Of a stretch of DNA of 64,000 bases, positions 31,039-39,508 are shown in pieces. The stretch lies in the NCBI GenBank assembly GCA_045599365.1, contig JAZRVS010000185.1, positions 43,919 through 107,918 of the forward strand. Reading direction: 5' to 3'. The notes under the pieces are model-generated. The model saw only the letters and a program-made list of their open reading frames with translations, was not told the origin of the DNA and made no database searches. The position numbers and the translations under genes were made by a program. The DNA is from Bacteroidales bacterium (GTDB lineage Bacteria > Bacteroidota > Bacteroidia > Bacteroidales > UBA1715). Every line of letters begins with the position of its first letter. The stretch's first letter is position 1.

Positions 31039-32481
31039 TTATCCTACACTCCCTTCCATAGAAAGAGCTATCAATTTGTGAGCTTCTACGGCAAATTCCA
31101 TAGGTAAATGGGTCAGCACTTCTTTTGCAAAACCATTTACAATTAGGCTCATTGCACTTTCTGTAGATATTCCTCGTTGGTTACAATAGAAAATTTGTTC
31201 GTCAGCAATTTTTGATGTCGTTGCTTCGTGTTCTACGGTTGCTGTATTGTTTTGAATATCTATCACAGGAAATGTGTGTGCTCCACATTTTGAGCCAATA
31301 AGGAGGGAATCACATTGCGAAAAATTGTGGGCATTTTCAGCGGATTTACTCATTTTTACTAAACCACGATATGAGTTATTGCTCTGACCAAGAGAAATAC
31401 CTTTGGAGATAATGGTACTTTTGGTGTTTTTCCCAATATGTATCATTTTTGTTCCTGTGTCGGCTTGCTGATGATTACGGGTAACGGCAACAGAATAAAA
31501 TTCTGACACAGAATTATCTCCTTTCAAGATGGTACTTGGGTATTTCCACGTAATAGCAGACCCAGTCTCTACTTGTGTCCACGAAATTTTTGAATTGTTT
31601 CCCTTGCAAAGTCCACGTTTTGTTACAAAATTGTAAATACCACCATTCCCATCTTTGTCCCCAGCATACCAATTTTGTACTGTAGAGTATTTTATTTCGG
31701 AATTTTCGTGTGCAACCAATTCTACAACGGCAGCGTGAAGTTGATTTTCGTCACGCATTGGAGCGGTGCAGCCTTCAAGATAACTTACGTATGCATCATC
31801 GTCAGCAACTATTAGTGTACGCTCAAATTGTCCTGTTTTAGATGCATTAATACGAAAATATGTTGATAATTCCACTGGACAGCGAACGCCTTTCGGAATA
31901 TAGACAAACGAACCATCACTAAAAACTGCGGCATTTAGGGCTGCATAGTAGTTGTCGGTATAAGGGACAACGGAACCTAAATATTTTTTTACTAATTCGG
32001 GATAGGTTTTTGCTGCTTCACTAAACGAACTGAAAATGATACCTTTTGCATTTAATTGATCACGGAATTGTGTGTGTACTGACACACTATCAAAAACTGC
32101 ATCTACAGCTACACCAGAAAGCATTTTTTGTTCTTCCAAGGGAATTCCCAATTTATTGAATGTATCAATAATTTCTGGATCAACTTCGTCAAGGGACTCG
32201 TATTTTGCTTTATTTTTGGGTTGTGCATAATAACTAATTGCTTGGAAATCAGGCATGTCAAAGTGTAAATGCCCCCATGTTGGATGTTCAAGTGTAGTCC
32301 AATGTCTATATGCTTTTAAGCGAAATTCCAATAACCAATCAGGTTCTTGTTTAACGGTTGAAATACGACGTATGATGTCTTCGTTTAAACCTGGCGGGAA
32401 AATGTCGGTTTCAACATTTGAAGTAAATCCATATTTATATTCCTCGGATTCTAAATTGTCAAGGACGTCTTGGTCTGCCAT
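31039..32481 (-). CDS. sufB: Fe-S cluster assembly protein SufB
   Basis: 480 aa with clear SufB family similarity throughout (e.g. ...[22 protein letters not shown]..., ...[12 protein letters not shown]...). Confidence 0.95.
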   Translation of the reverse strand: MADQDVLDNLESEEYKYGFTSNVETDIFPPGLNEDIIRRISTVKQEPDWLLEFRLKAYRHWTTLEHPTWGHLHFDMPDFQAISYYAQPKNKAKYESLDEVDPEIIDTFNKLGIPLEEQKMLSGVAVDAVFDSVSVHTQFRDQLNAKGIIFSSFSEAAKTYPELVKKYLGSVVPYTDNYYAALNAAVFSDGSFVYIPKGVRCPVELSTYFRINASKTGQFERTLIVADDDAYVSYLEGCTAPMRDENQLHAAVVELVAHENSEIKYSTVQNWYAGDKDGNGGIYNFVTKRGLCKGNNSKISWTQVETGSAITWKYPSTILKGDNSVSEFYSVAVTRNHQQADTGTKMIHIGKNTKSTIISKGISLGQSNNSYRGLVKMSKSAENAHNFSQCDSLLIGSKCGAHTFPVIDIQNNTATVEHEATTSKIADEQIFYCNQRGISTESAMSLIVNGFAKEVLTHLPMEFAVEAHKLIALSMEGSVG

Positions 32482-32483
32482 TT

Positions 32484-33194
32484 CTATTCCATTAATGTTT
32501 CAAAGTCAATAGGTGTGCCAGAATTAAGTATTTCTGTGATAGTTCCATTGGAGCATTGCAACATACGAGATGGGAATTTTTCGGTCATTTGTACGTTGTG
32601 TGTAACTAAAAATATTGTACATCCCGATTTAGCAATTTCGTGGAATAGTTGAAATATTTCCTCAGATGTTTCTGGATCAAGATTTCCAGTTGGTTCATCT
32701 GCTAAGATTATTTCTGGATCGTTAAGTAATGCACGAGCAATTGCTACGCGTTGTTGTTCACCACCAGCAAGTTGTTGTATCATACTATTTTCCTTATCAG
32801 ACATGCCAACTTGCTTCAATACTTCTGAAATACGAGCTTGTATTTGTGATGCTTTAGTCCAACCTGTAGCTTTTAGTACAAACGCTAAATTTTCGTGAAC
32901 ATTTCTATCAGAAAGTAATTGAAAGTCTTGGAAAACTACAGAGACTTTTCTCCGAAGATACGGAATTTTTGAACGCTTTATTTTGTTCAAATCGTAGTCC
33001 GCAATCATTGCTTCGCCGTCAAGCAATGCTATTTCGGCATCCATTGTTTTGAGTAAACTTGATTTTCCTGCGGCTGTTTTACCAATAAGATACACCAATT
33101 CTCCTTCGGCAACAGAAAAAGACACGTTTGTCAATATTGGATTATGGTAATCGTAACCAATTGTTGCATTGTTAAAATAAATCTTGTTCGCCAT
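32484..33194 (-). CDS. ftsE: ABC ATP-binding protein, FtsE-like
   Basis: Walker [11 protein letters not shown], signature LAGGEQQR, Walker [12 protein letters not shown]. Size and layout fit FtsE. Confidence 0.75.
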   Translation of the reverse strand: MANKIYFNNATIGYDYHNPILTNVSFSVAEGELVYLIGKTAAGKSSLLKTMDAEIALLDGEAMIADYDLNKIKRSKIPYLRRKVSVVFQDFQLLSDRNVHENLAFVLKATGWTKASQIQARISEVLKQVGMSDKENSMIQQLAGGEQQRVAIARALLNDPEIILADEPTGNLDPETSEEIFQLFHEIAKSGCTIFLVTHNVQMTEKFPSRMLQCSNGTITEILNSGTPIDFETLME

Positions 33195-33300
33195 AACAAT
33201 AGAATTTTCGCAAAGATAAAAAAATGAGTAGAAATCTTGATTGTTCGTAATGATTTTCTGAATTATTCATTTTCTTTGCATAAGAAATAATTGATATAGG

Positions 33301-33418
33301 AAATAATATACAAGTTGGTTTAGTTGTCAGTATTCAGTTTTGTTTTCTTTTCTTAATGTAAAATTAATTATACAAAGAGGGGGGCTGATAACTTCCTCCT
33401 GATACCTGACAACTTAAT
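33301..33418 (+). repeat. Dispersed structured intergenic element, copy E
   Basis: aaataatatacaagttggtttagttgtcagtattcagttttgttttcttttcttaatgtaaaattaattatacaaagaggggggctgataacttcctcctgatacctgacaactt. Confidence 0.65.
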
Positions 33419-33428
33419 AAGAAAAATT

Positions 33429-34037
33429 ATGTGGGTCGTTTGTTCTGATTTAGAAGGCGTATTTGTTCCAGAAGTGTGGATAAATGTTGCGAGAATTACA
33501 GGTATTGATGCTTTAAAAATTACCACTCGCGATGAGCCAGATTACGATAAACTAATGAAATATCGTTTGAAAATTTTAGATGAACATAATCTTAAAATTC
33601 AAGATATTCAAAGAGTTATAACAAATATTAAACCATTAGATGGCGCTTTGGAATTTACTAAATGGTTGCGCGAAATTAGTCGTTTTGTTATTGTCTCCGA
33701 CACATTCCAAGAATTTGCAAAACCACTTATGAAGCAACTTGACAATCCATTTATTTTGTGTCATTCGTTAGAAATTGCTAAAGATGGTCAAATAACGAAT
33801 TATAAACTTCGTCAGTCAGACCCAAAACGAAGAACAGTAGAAGCATTTCAAAGTATGAATTTTAAGGTTATTGCTTTTGGAGATTCGTATAACGATGTGT
33901 CGATGTTGAAAAAAGCAGAAGTTGGAATTCTATTCTGTCCACCACAAAAAGTTATAGACGAATTCCCAGAATTGCCAGTTGCGCATAATTATGCGGAATT
34001 GAAGGCTTTGATAGAAGAACATATTTACGAAGAATAA
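33429..34037 (+). CDS. thrH: Phosphoserine phosphatase / homoserine phosphotransferase ThrH
   Basis: MWVVCSDLEGVFVPEVWINVARITGIDALKITTRDEPDYDKLMKYRLKILDEH... is nearly colinear with Pseudomonas ThrH as I recall it (DLEGV, SDTF and GDSYND HAD motifs). Confidence 0.85.
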   Translation: MWVVCSDLEGVFVPEVWINVARITGIDALKITTRDEPDYDKLMKYRLKILDEHNLKIQDIQRVITNIKPLDGALEFTKWLREISRFVIVSDTFQEFAKPLMKQLDNPFILCHSLEIAKDGQITNYKLRQSDPKRRTVEAFQSMNFKVIAFGDSYNDVSMLKKAEVGILFCPPQKVIDEFPELPVAHNYAELKALIEEHIYEE

Positions 34038-34465
34038 TGGAAGAGTTTCCTAAAAAAATAACTACTTTTTTAAAAAAACATCACGTTGTTACTGTTGCAA
34101 CGTGCAAGGATAATCAGCCTTGGTGTTTCAATGCATTTTATGCATTTGATGAAGATTCTCATTCGCTTATTATAACTTCGCACGAAGATACGAAGCACGT
34201 GCAACAAGTGTTACAAAATGCGAAAGTTGCTGCCAGTGTTGTACTTGAAACTGAGATAGTTGGTAAGGTTCAGGGCCTACAAATAGCAGGCGAAATGTCA
34301 ATGTGCAACGGAGAATACGAGAAAATAGCAAATAAAATCTACATAAAACGATTCCCATTTGCTACGCTTGCCCCCAAAACCTTGTGGCGCATAGAAATTT
34401 TTGATGCAAAATACACCGACAATACACTTGGCTTCGGTAAAAAATTGACGTGGCGAAAGGAATAA
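34037..34465 (+). CDS. yhbP: Pyridoxamine 5'-phosphate oxidase-fold protein, YhbP (UPF0306) family
   Basis: ...KKHHVVTVATCKDNQPWCFNAFYAFD... and C-terminal KYTDNTLGFGKKLTW closely resemble E. coli YhbP. Confidence 0.7.
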   Translation: MEEFPKKITTFLKKHHVVTVATCKDNQPWCFNAFYAFDEDSHSLIITSHEDTKHVQQVLQNAKVAASVVLETEIVGKVQGLQIAGEMSMCNGEYEKIANKIYIKRFPFATLAPKTLWRIEIFDAKYTDNTLGFGKKLTWRKE

Positions 34466-34502
34466 AAAAAGTCCGTTTGTGAGTTTTTCATACCTCCGTT
34501 TT

Positions 34503-34638
34503 TCGTGACCGCTCACGTTATGTGATTCTCATATGAAATTGAGCCATCGTGACCGCTCACGATGACCATTTTTTATATGAATTTAAGGCATCGTTAATGG
34601 TTACGATGACCGTTTTTTATATATACGAATTTTGACGA
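34503..34638. repeat. Three degenerate ~44-bp tandem repeats upstream of the capsule locus
   Basis: Units begin at 34503, 34547 and 34591: tcgtgaccgctcacg...tatgaaattgagcca / tcgtgaccgctcacgatgaccattttttatatgaatttaaggca / tcgttaatggttacgatgaccgttttttatatatacgaatttt. Confidence 0.7.
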
Positions 34639-34663
34639 TTCTTTTTTCCATTCAATAGAGGTG

Positions 34664-34795
34664 GAAATATAGGCAGGTATCAGTTTTTAGTAGTTAGTTT
34701 TCAGTTTGATTTCCATAAAGGTAAGTTGATTGCATAAAGAGATTTGTCTAACAACTGGTAACTTACAACTAATTTACTGCCAAGATGTATGTCGT
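34664..34795 (+). repeat. Dispersed structured intergenic element, copy F
   Basis: ...ggcaggtatcagtttttagtagttagttttcagtttgatttccataaaggtaagttgattgcataaagagatttgtctaacaactggtaacttacaactaatttactgccaagatgtatg. Confidence 0.7.
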
Positions 34796-34841
34796 AAACA
34801 TTTTTTTTCTTGCTTGTGTTACTTATTTGTGTAATATTTGA

Positions 34842-34849
34842 TATATTTG
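34842..34849 (+). promoter_or_regulatory. Candidate -7 box (TATATTTG) for the capsule-locus promoter
   Basis: Matches TAnnTTTG inside a T-rich stretch upstream of upxY. Confidence 0.3.
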
Positions 34850-34928
34850 CTATTATTACGTGGATTGGGGGTTGTTGGTTGGACGTAATTCATTTTATAT
34901 CAATTCTGTTGTGTACGGAGTTATTCCT

Positions 34929-35663
34929 ATGCTACAAAATAACATTGGCAATGCATTTGCCAAGGATAACCAGGGTGTCGATGGTGTAATTTTAACAGAT
35001 ACAAGTAGTTCATCACAATGTGCTACGTCCCCCTCTTGGTCTTGCGATTCAATAGGGCAGTCGGTAGAGTATGTGCCTCAATGGTTTGTGATACGTGCTA
35101 CTCAAGGACGTGCAGAAAAAGTTTACAAAGGTCTTATGGAATCTGTTACGACTCATGCAATTAGTGATAGTTGCGAGTTCTATCTCCCTATGGTAGCCAT
35201 ACGTCAGATTGATAAATCGAATGCGGAAAAACCAATAAGAATTGTTGTAAAACAACCTCTTGACAATAGTTTGTTGTTCGCTCATTGCACGCTTCCTCAA
35301 TTTCGTGATATTTTGCAGCTTCCTATCTCTGGACTCACTCCGTATTACGACCATACACGCCAGACGGAATATGGTCGCAATCCGTTTCTGGTAGTTCCCG
35401 ACAGCCAGTTTTTGAGTTTTCGGACTATTATCGATTCCGAGATGGAGGGTATTGTTACTGACCAAAACGATATGCCTACATTCTTCCAAGGAGATCGGGT
35501 GCGCGTGGTTGACGGACCTTTTACAGGAGTTGAAGGCTACGTGCTTCGTTACAAACACCAGCTTCGTGTGTTCGTACAATTGGATTGCCTTGGAACATTT
35601 GCAACTGCCTACGTGCCAAGAGCGTATTTGGAGAAGATGGATGATAAGACGATAAGACAATAA
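34929..35663 (+). CDS. upxY: UpxY-family (NusG-like) transcription antiterminator heading a capsular polysaccharide locus
   Basis: NGN-like start QWFVIRATQGRAEKVYKGL and a KOW motif GDRVRVVDGPFTGVEGYVLRYKHQLRVFV. The start is uncertain: ATG at 34929, or GTG at 35073 (MPQWFVIRAT...), which would give a family-typical length. Confidence 0.8.
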   Translation: MLQNNIGNAFAKDNQGVDGVILTDTSSSSQCATSPSWSCDSIGQSVEYVPQWFVIRATQGRAEKVYKGLMESVTTHAISDSCEFYLPMVAIRQIDKSNAEKPIRIVVKQPLDNSLLFAHCTLPQFRDILQLPISGLTPYYDHTRQTEYGRNPFLVVPDSQFLSFRTIIDSEMEGIVTDQNDMPTFFQGDRVRVVDGPFTGVEGYVLRYKHQLRVFVQLDCLGTFATAYVPRAYLEKMDDKTIRQ

Positions 35664-35858
35664 GTCGATGAGATGATAAGACAATAAGACAACGTGATTT
35701 GCCGACATACAGACTCGCTGACTCACCGACTTACAGACCTGTCGACATACAGACTCGCAGACTTAATAGAGGTCAACAAGACAACGAGTCAACAAGTTTT
35801 GCTAACTTGCCGACTTGTGGACTTGTAGACTTGCCGACTCAAATACTCCCCGACTTGT
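35643..35858. repeat. Phase-locked period-8 oligomer array (27 consecutive octamers, many ending in GAC)
   Basis: gataagac gataagac aataagtc gatgagat gataagac aataagac aacgtgat ttgccgac atacagac tcgctgac tcaccgac ttacagac ctgtcgac atacagac tcgcagac ... cgacttgt ggacttgt agacttgc cgactcaa atactccc cgacttgt. It begins inside the last codons of upxY. Confidence 0.85.
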
Positions 35859-35921
35859 CAAAACAGCAGGCTGAGCGAATTAGAAATTATGTACTTTAAC
35901 TAAGAAAAAACTTAAATAATT

Positions 35922-36719
35922 ATGACAGATAATACGAAATTCCAGATTATAGAAAATCTCTTGCAAGAATTTGAGAAGAAGACTGGTATGTCTCGTGAAG
36001 AGGTTGAAATGGAACTACTCAAGTTCATCACCGAAAAGAATAATTGTTCGATTTTTCAGGAGAATTCATCGGTCGAAGGTTGTAATAATGCATCTGACTA
36101 TGATATGGATAATTATCCTCATTTTTCCCTTTGTAAGAACATACAAAAGTATACTCTTCGTGTCACTCTTCATGGAATCAAACCTGCTATTTATCGTAAG
36201 GTTACGGTACCGACCAACATTACTCTTCGACACCTTTCTGAACTACTTCTGCCCCTTATGGGTTGGGAAGATTATCATATGAATCAATTCCGTAAGGGCT
36301 ACGACGTCTATAGTCCTGCCTATCAGAGAGAGTTCGATTTCCCTTCGTGGGGTGAAACTCGCAATTTTAATCAGGAGGATTATACTCTATCTGACATCCT
36401 TAGCGAGAAAGGAAAGACTATAGAGTGGGAGTATGACTTTGGTGACTCGTGGTGTCATGATATTCGCCTCTCTTCCATTGGCGAATATAGTGAAGGAGAA
36501 CCTCTAATTTCTTTTGTACAAGGAGAACGTGCGTGTCCTCCCGAAGATTGTGGCGGTGTTTGGGGATATGAGGAATTGCTACAGATATACGAGAAAAAGA
36601 AATCTGGCAAACGCCTTAGTGTTGACGAGAGGGAACACCTTAGCTATTATGATATAGATGATCCTGACTTCTTTGACTCTTCCTTCGCACACGAACTCTG
36701 CAAGAATTTTTGCGAGTGA
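35922..36719 (+). CDS. pRiA4b ORF-3-like (PRiA4_ORF3 / MM3350-like) family protein
   Basis: YTLRVTLHGIKPAIYRKVTVPTNITLRHLSELLLPLMGWEDYHMNQF...EYDFGDSWCHDIRL...CPPEDCGGVWGYEELL are hallmark motifs of this family. Confidence 0.8.
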   Translation: MTDNTKFQIIENLLQEFEKKTGMSREEVEMELLKFITEKNNCSIFQENSSVEGCNNASDYDMDNYPHFSLCKNIQKYTLRVTLHGIKPAIYRKVTVPTNITLRHLSELLLPLMGWEDYHMNQFRKGYDVYSPAYQREFDFPSWGETRNFNQEDYTLSDILSEKGKTIEWEYDFGDSWCHDIRLSSIGEYSEGEPLISFVQGERACPPEDCGGVWGYEELLQIYEKKKSGKRLSVDEREHLSYYDIDDPDFFDSSFAHELCKNFCE

Positions 36720-36823
36720 TAGACGTTTTAGAGTTTAGAGGTGTTCTTCGTTTCTTTTAATATATTGTTTTGAAAATAAATTGTACTTTCGTGGTCGCAG
36801 AATGAATTAGCAAAACATTGAAT

Positions 36824-37366
36824 ATGAGTCTCGGTTTAATTTCAAATAGACAAAAGGTAGGAGCTTTGCTCGCTTACCTCTGTGTGCGTATCCCTGATAT
36901 GCAGTTGCTGAAGATTCTTTATTTAATTGCTGAGGATTCCGTGTGTTTGCGTTCTATTCCTGTGACTTGGTTGGAGTATCAAGCATGGGAATAGGGACCT
37001 GTGGCTCATGAGGTTTATGAGGCTAAGAGTGGGGCTTTCTTTGATTACATTCAGTGCGAAAAAAAGGATGATGGCAAATGGCATGTGAATGCATTGGTGC
37101 ATCATGCGTTTCAGTTAGAGAAGGATATGCAGAAGACGAGCCAGTGGGAGAAGGAATTGATTGAGCGCATCATTGAGCGATGCAAGGACTTGTCAGCAGA
37201 TCAACTTACGGGTGAGACTCATACGTCAGACTCGCTTTGGAACAAAGTCGTAACGGAAAATAATATTGATTTTAGTCGCAATCCGAAGACTGCAATTCGT
37301 CTGTGTTTGAGTCGAGATGCGAGATTGAAAAATCGCAGTGGTTGGCACAGGCTATGTAGGTTTTAG
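36824..37366 (+). pseudogene. Panacea/DUF4065 (SocA/GepA-like antitoxin domain) gene interrupted by an in-frame TAG
   Basis: The frame starts at ATG 36824 (MSLGLISNRQKVGALLAYLCVRIPDMQLLKILYLIAEDSVCLRSIPVTWLEYQAWE), hits TAG at 36992-36994, then continues in the same frame GPVAHEVYEAK...SADQLTGETHTSDSLWNK. The stop falls exactly in the conserved aW-x-x-GPV motif. Confidence 0.65.
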
Positions 37367-37373
37367 CGGTGCA
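37329..37373 (+). pseudogene. ugd: Fossil 5' fragment of UDP-glucose 6-dehydrogenase, copy 1
   Basis: aaaatcgcagtggttggcacaggctatgtaggttttagcggtgca encodes KIAVVGTGYVGFSGA, the Rossmann N-terminus of Ugd. It has no start codon and is preceded by TGA. Confidence 0.6.
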
Positions 37374-37492
37374 AAAGCATTAGGTGTAAAAATGGAGAAG
37401 GTGGATAAAATCAATAATCGTATATAGTTATGACATATTGTACGATGTGACGGAGAAAAATTTTAGTTCAAAATAACGAATTAACATCATAT

Positions 37493-37921
37493 ATGGCCGA
37501 AAAGACCAACGAAAATAATAACATACAATTGATTGATGGCAACAACAGCCAGATAGTCATCTACACTTCTTCCGATGGCAAGGTCAATCTTGATGTGCAG
37601 ATAGATGCCGATACTGTGTGGCTTACACAACAGCAGATAGCTCAACTCTATGGCAAGGCGGTTTCCACCATCAACGAGCATATCAAAAATATTTTGGAAG
37701 AAGAAGAGTTGAAAGAGGATGTGTGTGTAAAGAAATTCGGAATTTCCGAATTTCAGCAGAAAACCCCATTCTACTATAATCTCAGCATGATAATATCGGT
37801 TGGTTATCGTGTCCGTTCCAAGCAAGGAACACTCTTCCGCCAGTGGGCAACAAAGCGTCTTGAGGAAGCCATCATGAACGAGGAAAACGTGCCTCTTGAT
37901 TATCGTGATGATTGTGCATAA
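37493..37921 (+). pseudogene. RhuM-family protein, N-terminal ~140 aa only (C-terminally truncated)
   Basis: ...VWLTQQQIAQLYGKAVSTINEHIKNILEEEEL...FYYNLSMIISVGYRVRSKQGTLFRQWATKRLEE matches the RhuM N-terminal region. The ORF stops at the first bases of the 99-bp repeat. Confidence 0.65.
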
Positions 37922-38014
37922 ATCTTATGTGATGGTTATGTGATTAGAAGTGTTAAACATTACGTAATTGATTGAAAATCAATAATTATTTTATGTGATG
38001 GTTATGTGATTAAG
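37916..38014. repeat. 99-bp direct repeat, copy 1
   Basis: gcataaatcttatgtgatggttatgtgattagaagtgttaaacattacgtaattgattgaaaatcaataattattttatgtgatggttatgtgattaag. It contains ttatgtgatggttatgtgatta twice around a short palindrome attgattgaaaatcaat. Confidence 0.85.
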
Positions 38015-38056
38015 TTGTATAGAGAGGTGACGTTTAAGTGTAAATAATTTAGTAGC

Positions 38057-39508
38057 ATGAATGATAAAGAACTCCAAAATATATTAGCCGATATTCAAGC
38101 TTCTTCTAAGGAATGTGAATGGATAGAGTTAAAGCATAACAATTGGAAACCAGAACTTATCGGTGAGTATGTATCTGCTCTTTCTAATGGAGCAGCATAT
38201 ATGGGGCAATCAAAGGCTTATCTTGCTTTTGGTCTAAATGATGAAACTCATGCTATTGAAGGAACTAATTTTGACCCACAAAAATTAAAAATAGGAAATC
38301 AAGAGTTGGAAAATTGGATTGCGACTCAACTCACACCACGAATTGATTTTTCTTTTCATGAATTAATAACAAACCAGGGGCGAGTAGTAATTATAATAAT
38401 AGATTCGGCGGGAAATACCCCGGTGAAGTTTCGTGGAGAAAGTTACATTCGAGTTGGCTCATATAAGAAACCTCTTGCAGAACATCCTGAACGAGAACGA
38501 AAAATATGGCAAAATACTTTACATAGTAGTTTTGAAACAAAAATAGCAAAGGTTGGAGTGTCAGAAGATCAAGTCCTTAATTTAATAGATTATCCTACCG
38601 CATTTCGGCTTCTAAACATCCCATTGCCAGAGAATCGTACAGCAATAATTGATAAATTACAAGAGGAGCAATTTGTAGTTAAACGTCCATCTTGTTATGA
38701 TATTACTAATCTTGGAGCAATACTTTTTGCTAATAAATTGTCAGATTTTATTACTCTCAAGCGTAAGGCCGTTCGTCTTATCTTTTACAAAGAAGAAGAC
38801 CGTATAAATGCAATTCGTGAAGTGTACATTGATAAGGGATACGCAATAGGATTTGAAGGTTTGATTCAAAATATATCGGATAATCTTCCTTCTAATGAGC
38901 AAATAGGAAAGGTCTTTCGTCAAGACATACCAATCTATCCACCTTTAGCTATACGTGAATTTGTTGCGAATGCATTGATTCATCAAGATTTTTCTTTGGG
39001 AGGTTCTGCGCCAATGATAGAAATATTTAAGTGTCGTATAGAAATTACAAATCCAGGTAACCCACTTATAGATACTCTTCGGTTTATTGATCATGCTCCT
39101 CTTAGCAGAAATGAATTATTGGCATCTACAATGCGTAGAATGCGGTTTTGTGAGGAACGAGGAAGTGGTATTGATCGTGCATTAGCACAATGTGAATTGC
39201 ATCAGTTGCCAGCGCCCTCCTTTTTTAAAGATGATTTATTTACCAAGGTTACAATGTTTGCTCCAAAAACTCTTCGTCAAATGAATTCAGAAGATAAAAT
39301 AAGAGCTTGCTATCAGCATTGTTGTTTGCAGTATGTTGCTGGCAAAAAGATGACTAATGAATCTTTTCGAGATCGTTTAGGAATTGAGCCACAAAATTAC
39401 TCAACTGCATCCCGTATTATTTCGGATACTATAGATGCTAAATTTGTAAAACCTTATTCGGAGAGTCAGTCTAAGAAATACGCTCAGTATATTCCTATAT
39501 GGGCATAA
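38057..39508 (+). CDS. AlbA_2 (Schlafen-like divergent AAA) + HATPase_c_4 domain protein, 'putative DNA-binding/RecG-like transcriptional regulator' family
   Basis: N-terminus ...ECEWIELKHNNWKPELIGEYVSALSNGAAYMGQSKAYLAFGLNDETHAIEGTNF is typical of AlbA_2. The central REFVANALIHQDF... is typical of the HATPase_c_4 part. 483 aa. Confidence 0.75.
   Translation: MNDKELQNILADIQASSKECEWIELKHNNWKPELIGEYVSALSNGAAYMGQSKAYLAFGLNDETHAIEGTNFDPQKLKIGNQELENWIATQLTPRIDFSFHELITNQGRVVIIIIDSAGNTPVKFRGESYIRVGSYKKPLAEHPERERKIWQNTLHSSFETKIAKVGVSEDQVLNLIDYPTAFRLLNIPLPENRTAIIDKLQEEQFVVKRPSCYDITNLGAILFANKLSDFITLKRKAVRLIFYKEEDRINAIREVYIDKGYAIGFEGLIQNISDNLPSNEQIGKVFRQDIPIYPPLAIREFVANALIHQDFSLGGSAPMIEIFKCRIEITNPGNPLIDTLRFIDHAPLSRNELLASTMRRMRFCEERGSGIDRALAQCELHQLPAPSFFKDDLFTKVTMFAPKTLRQMNSEDKIRACYQHCCLQYVAGKKMTNESFRDRLGIEPQNYSTASRIISDTIDAKFVKPYSESQSKKYAQYIPIWA

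Noticed and set aside
34466-34928. Invertible (fimbrial-switch-like) promoter upstream of upxY, as in Bacteroides capsule loci
   Set aside because: I could not find a pair of inverted repeats bracketing the candidate promoter. No serine or tyrosine invertase gene is nearby. The repeats present are tandem or direct, or belong to the dispersed element.
35049-35899. 225-aa minus-strand ORF (35049-35726) and 66-aa plus-strand ORF (35699-35899)
   Set aside because: The first is antisense to upxY. The second is generated by the period-8 repeat tract, giving a repetitive PTYR/DL-type translation. Period 8 is incompatible with a conserved coding frame.
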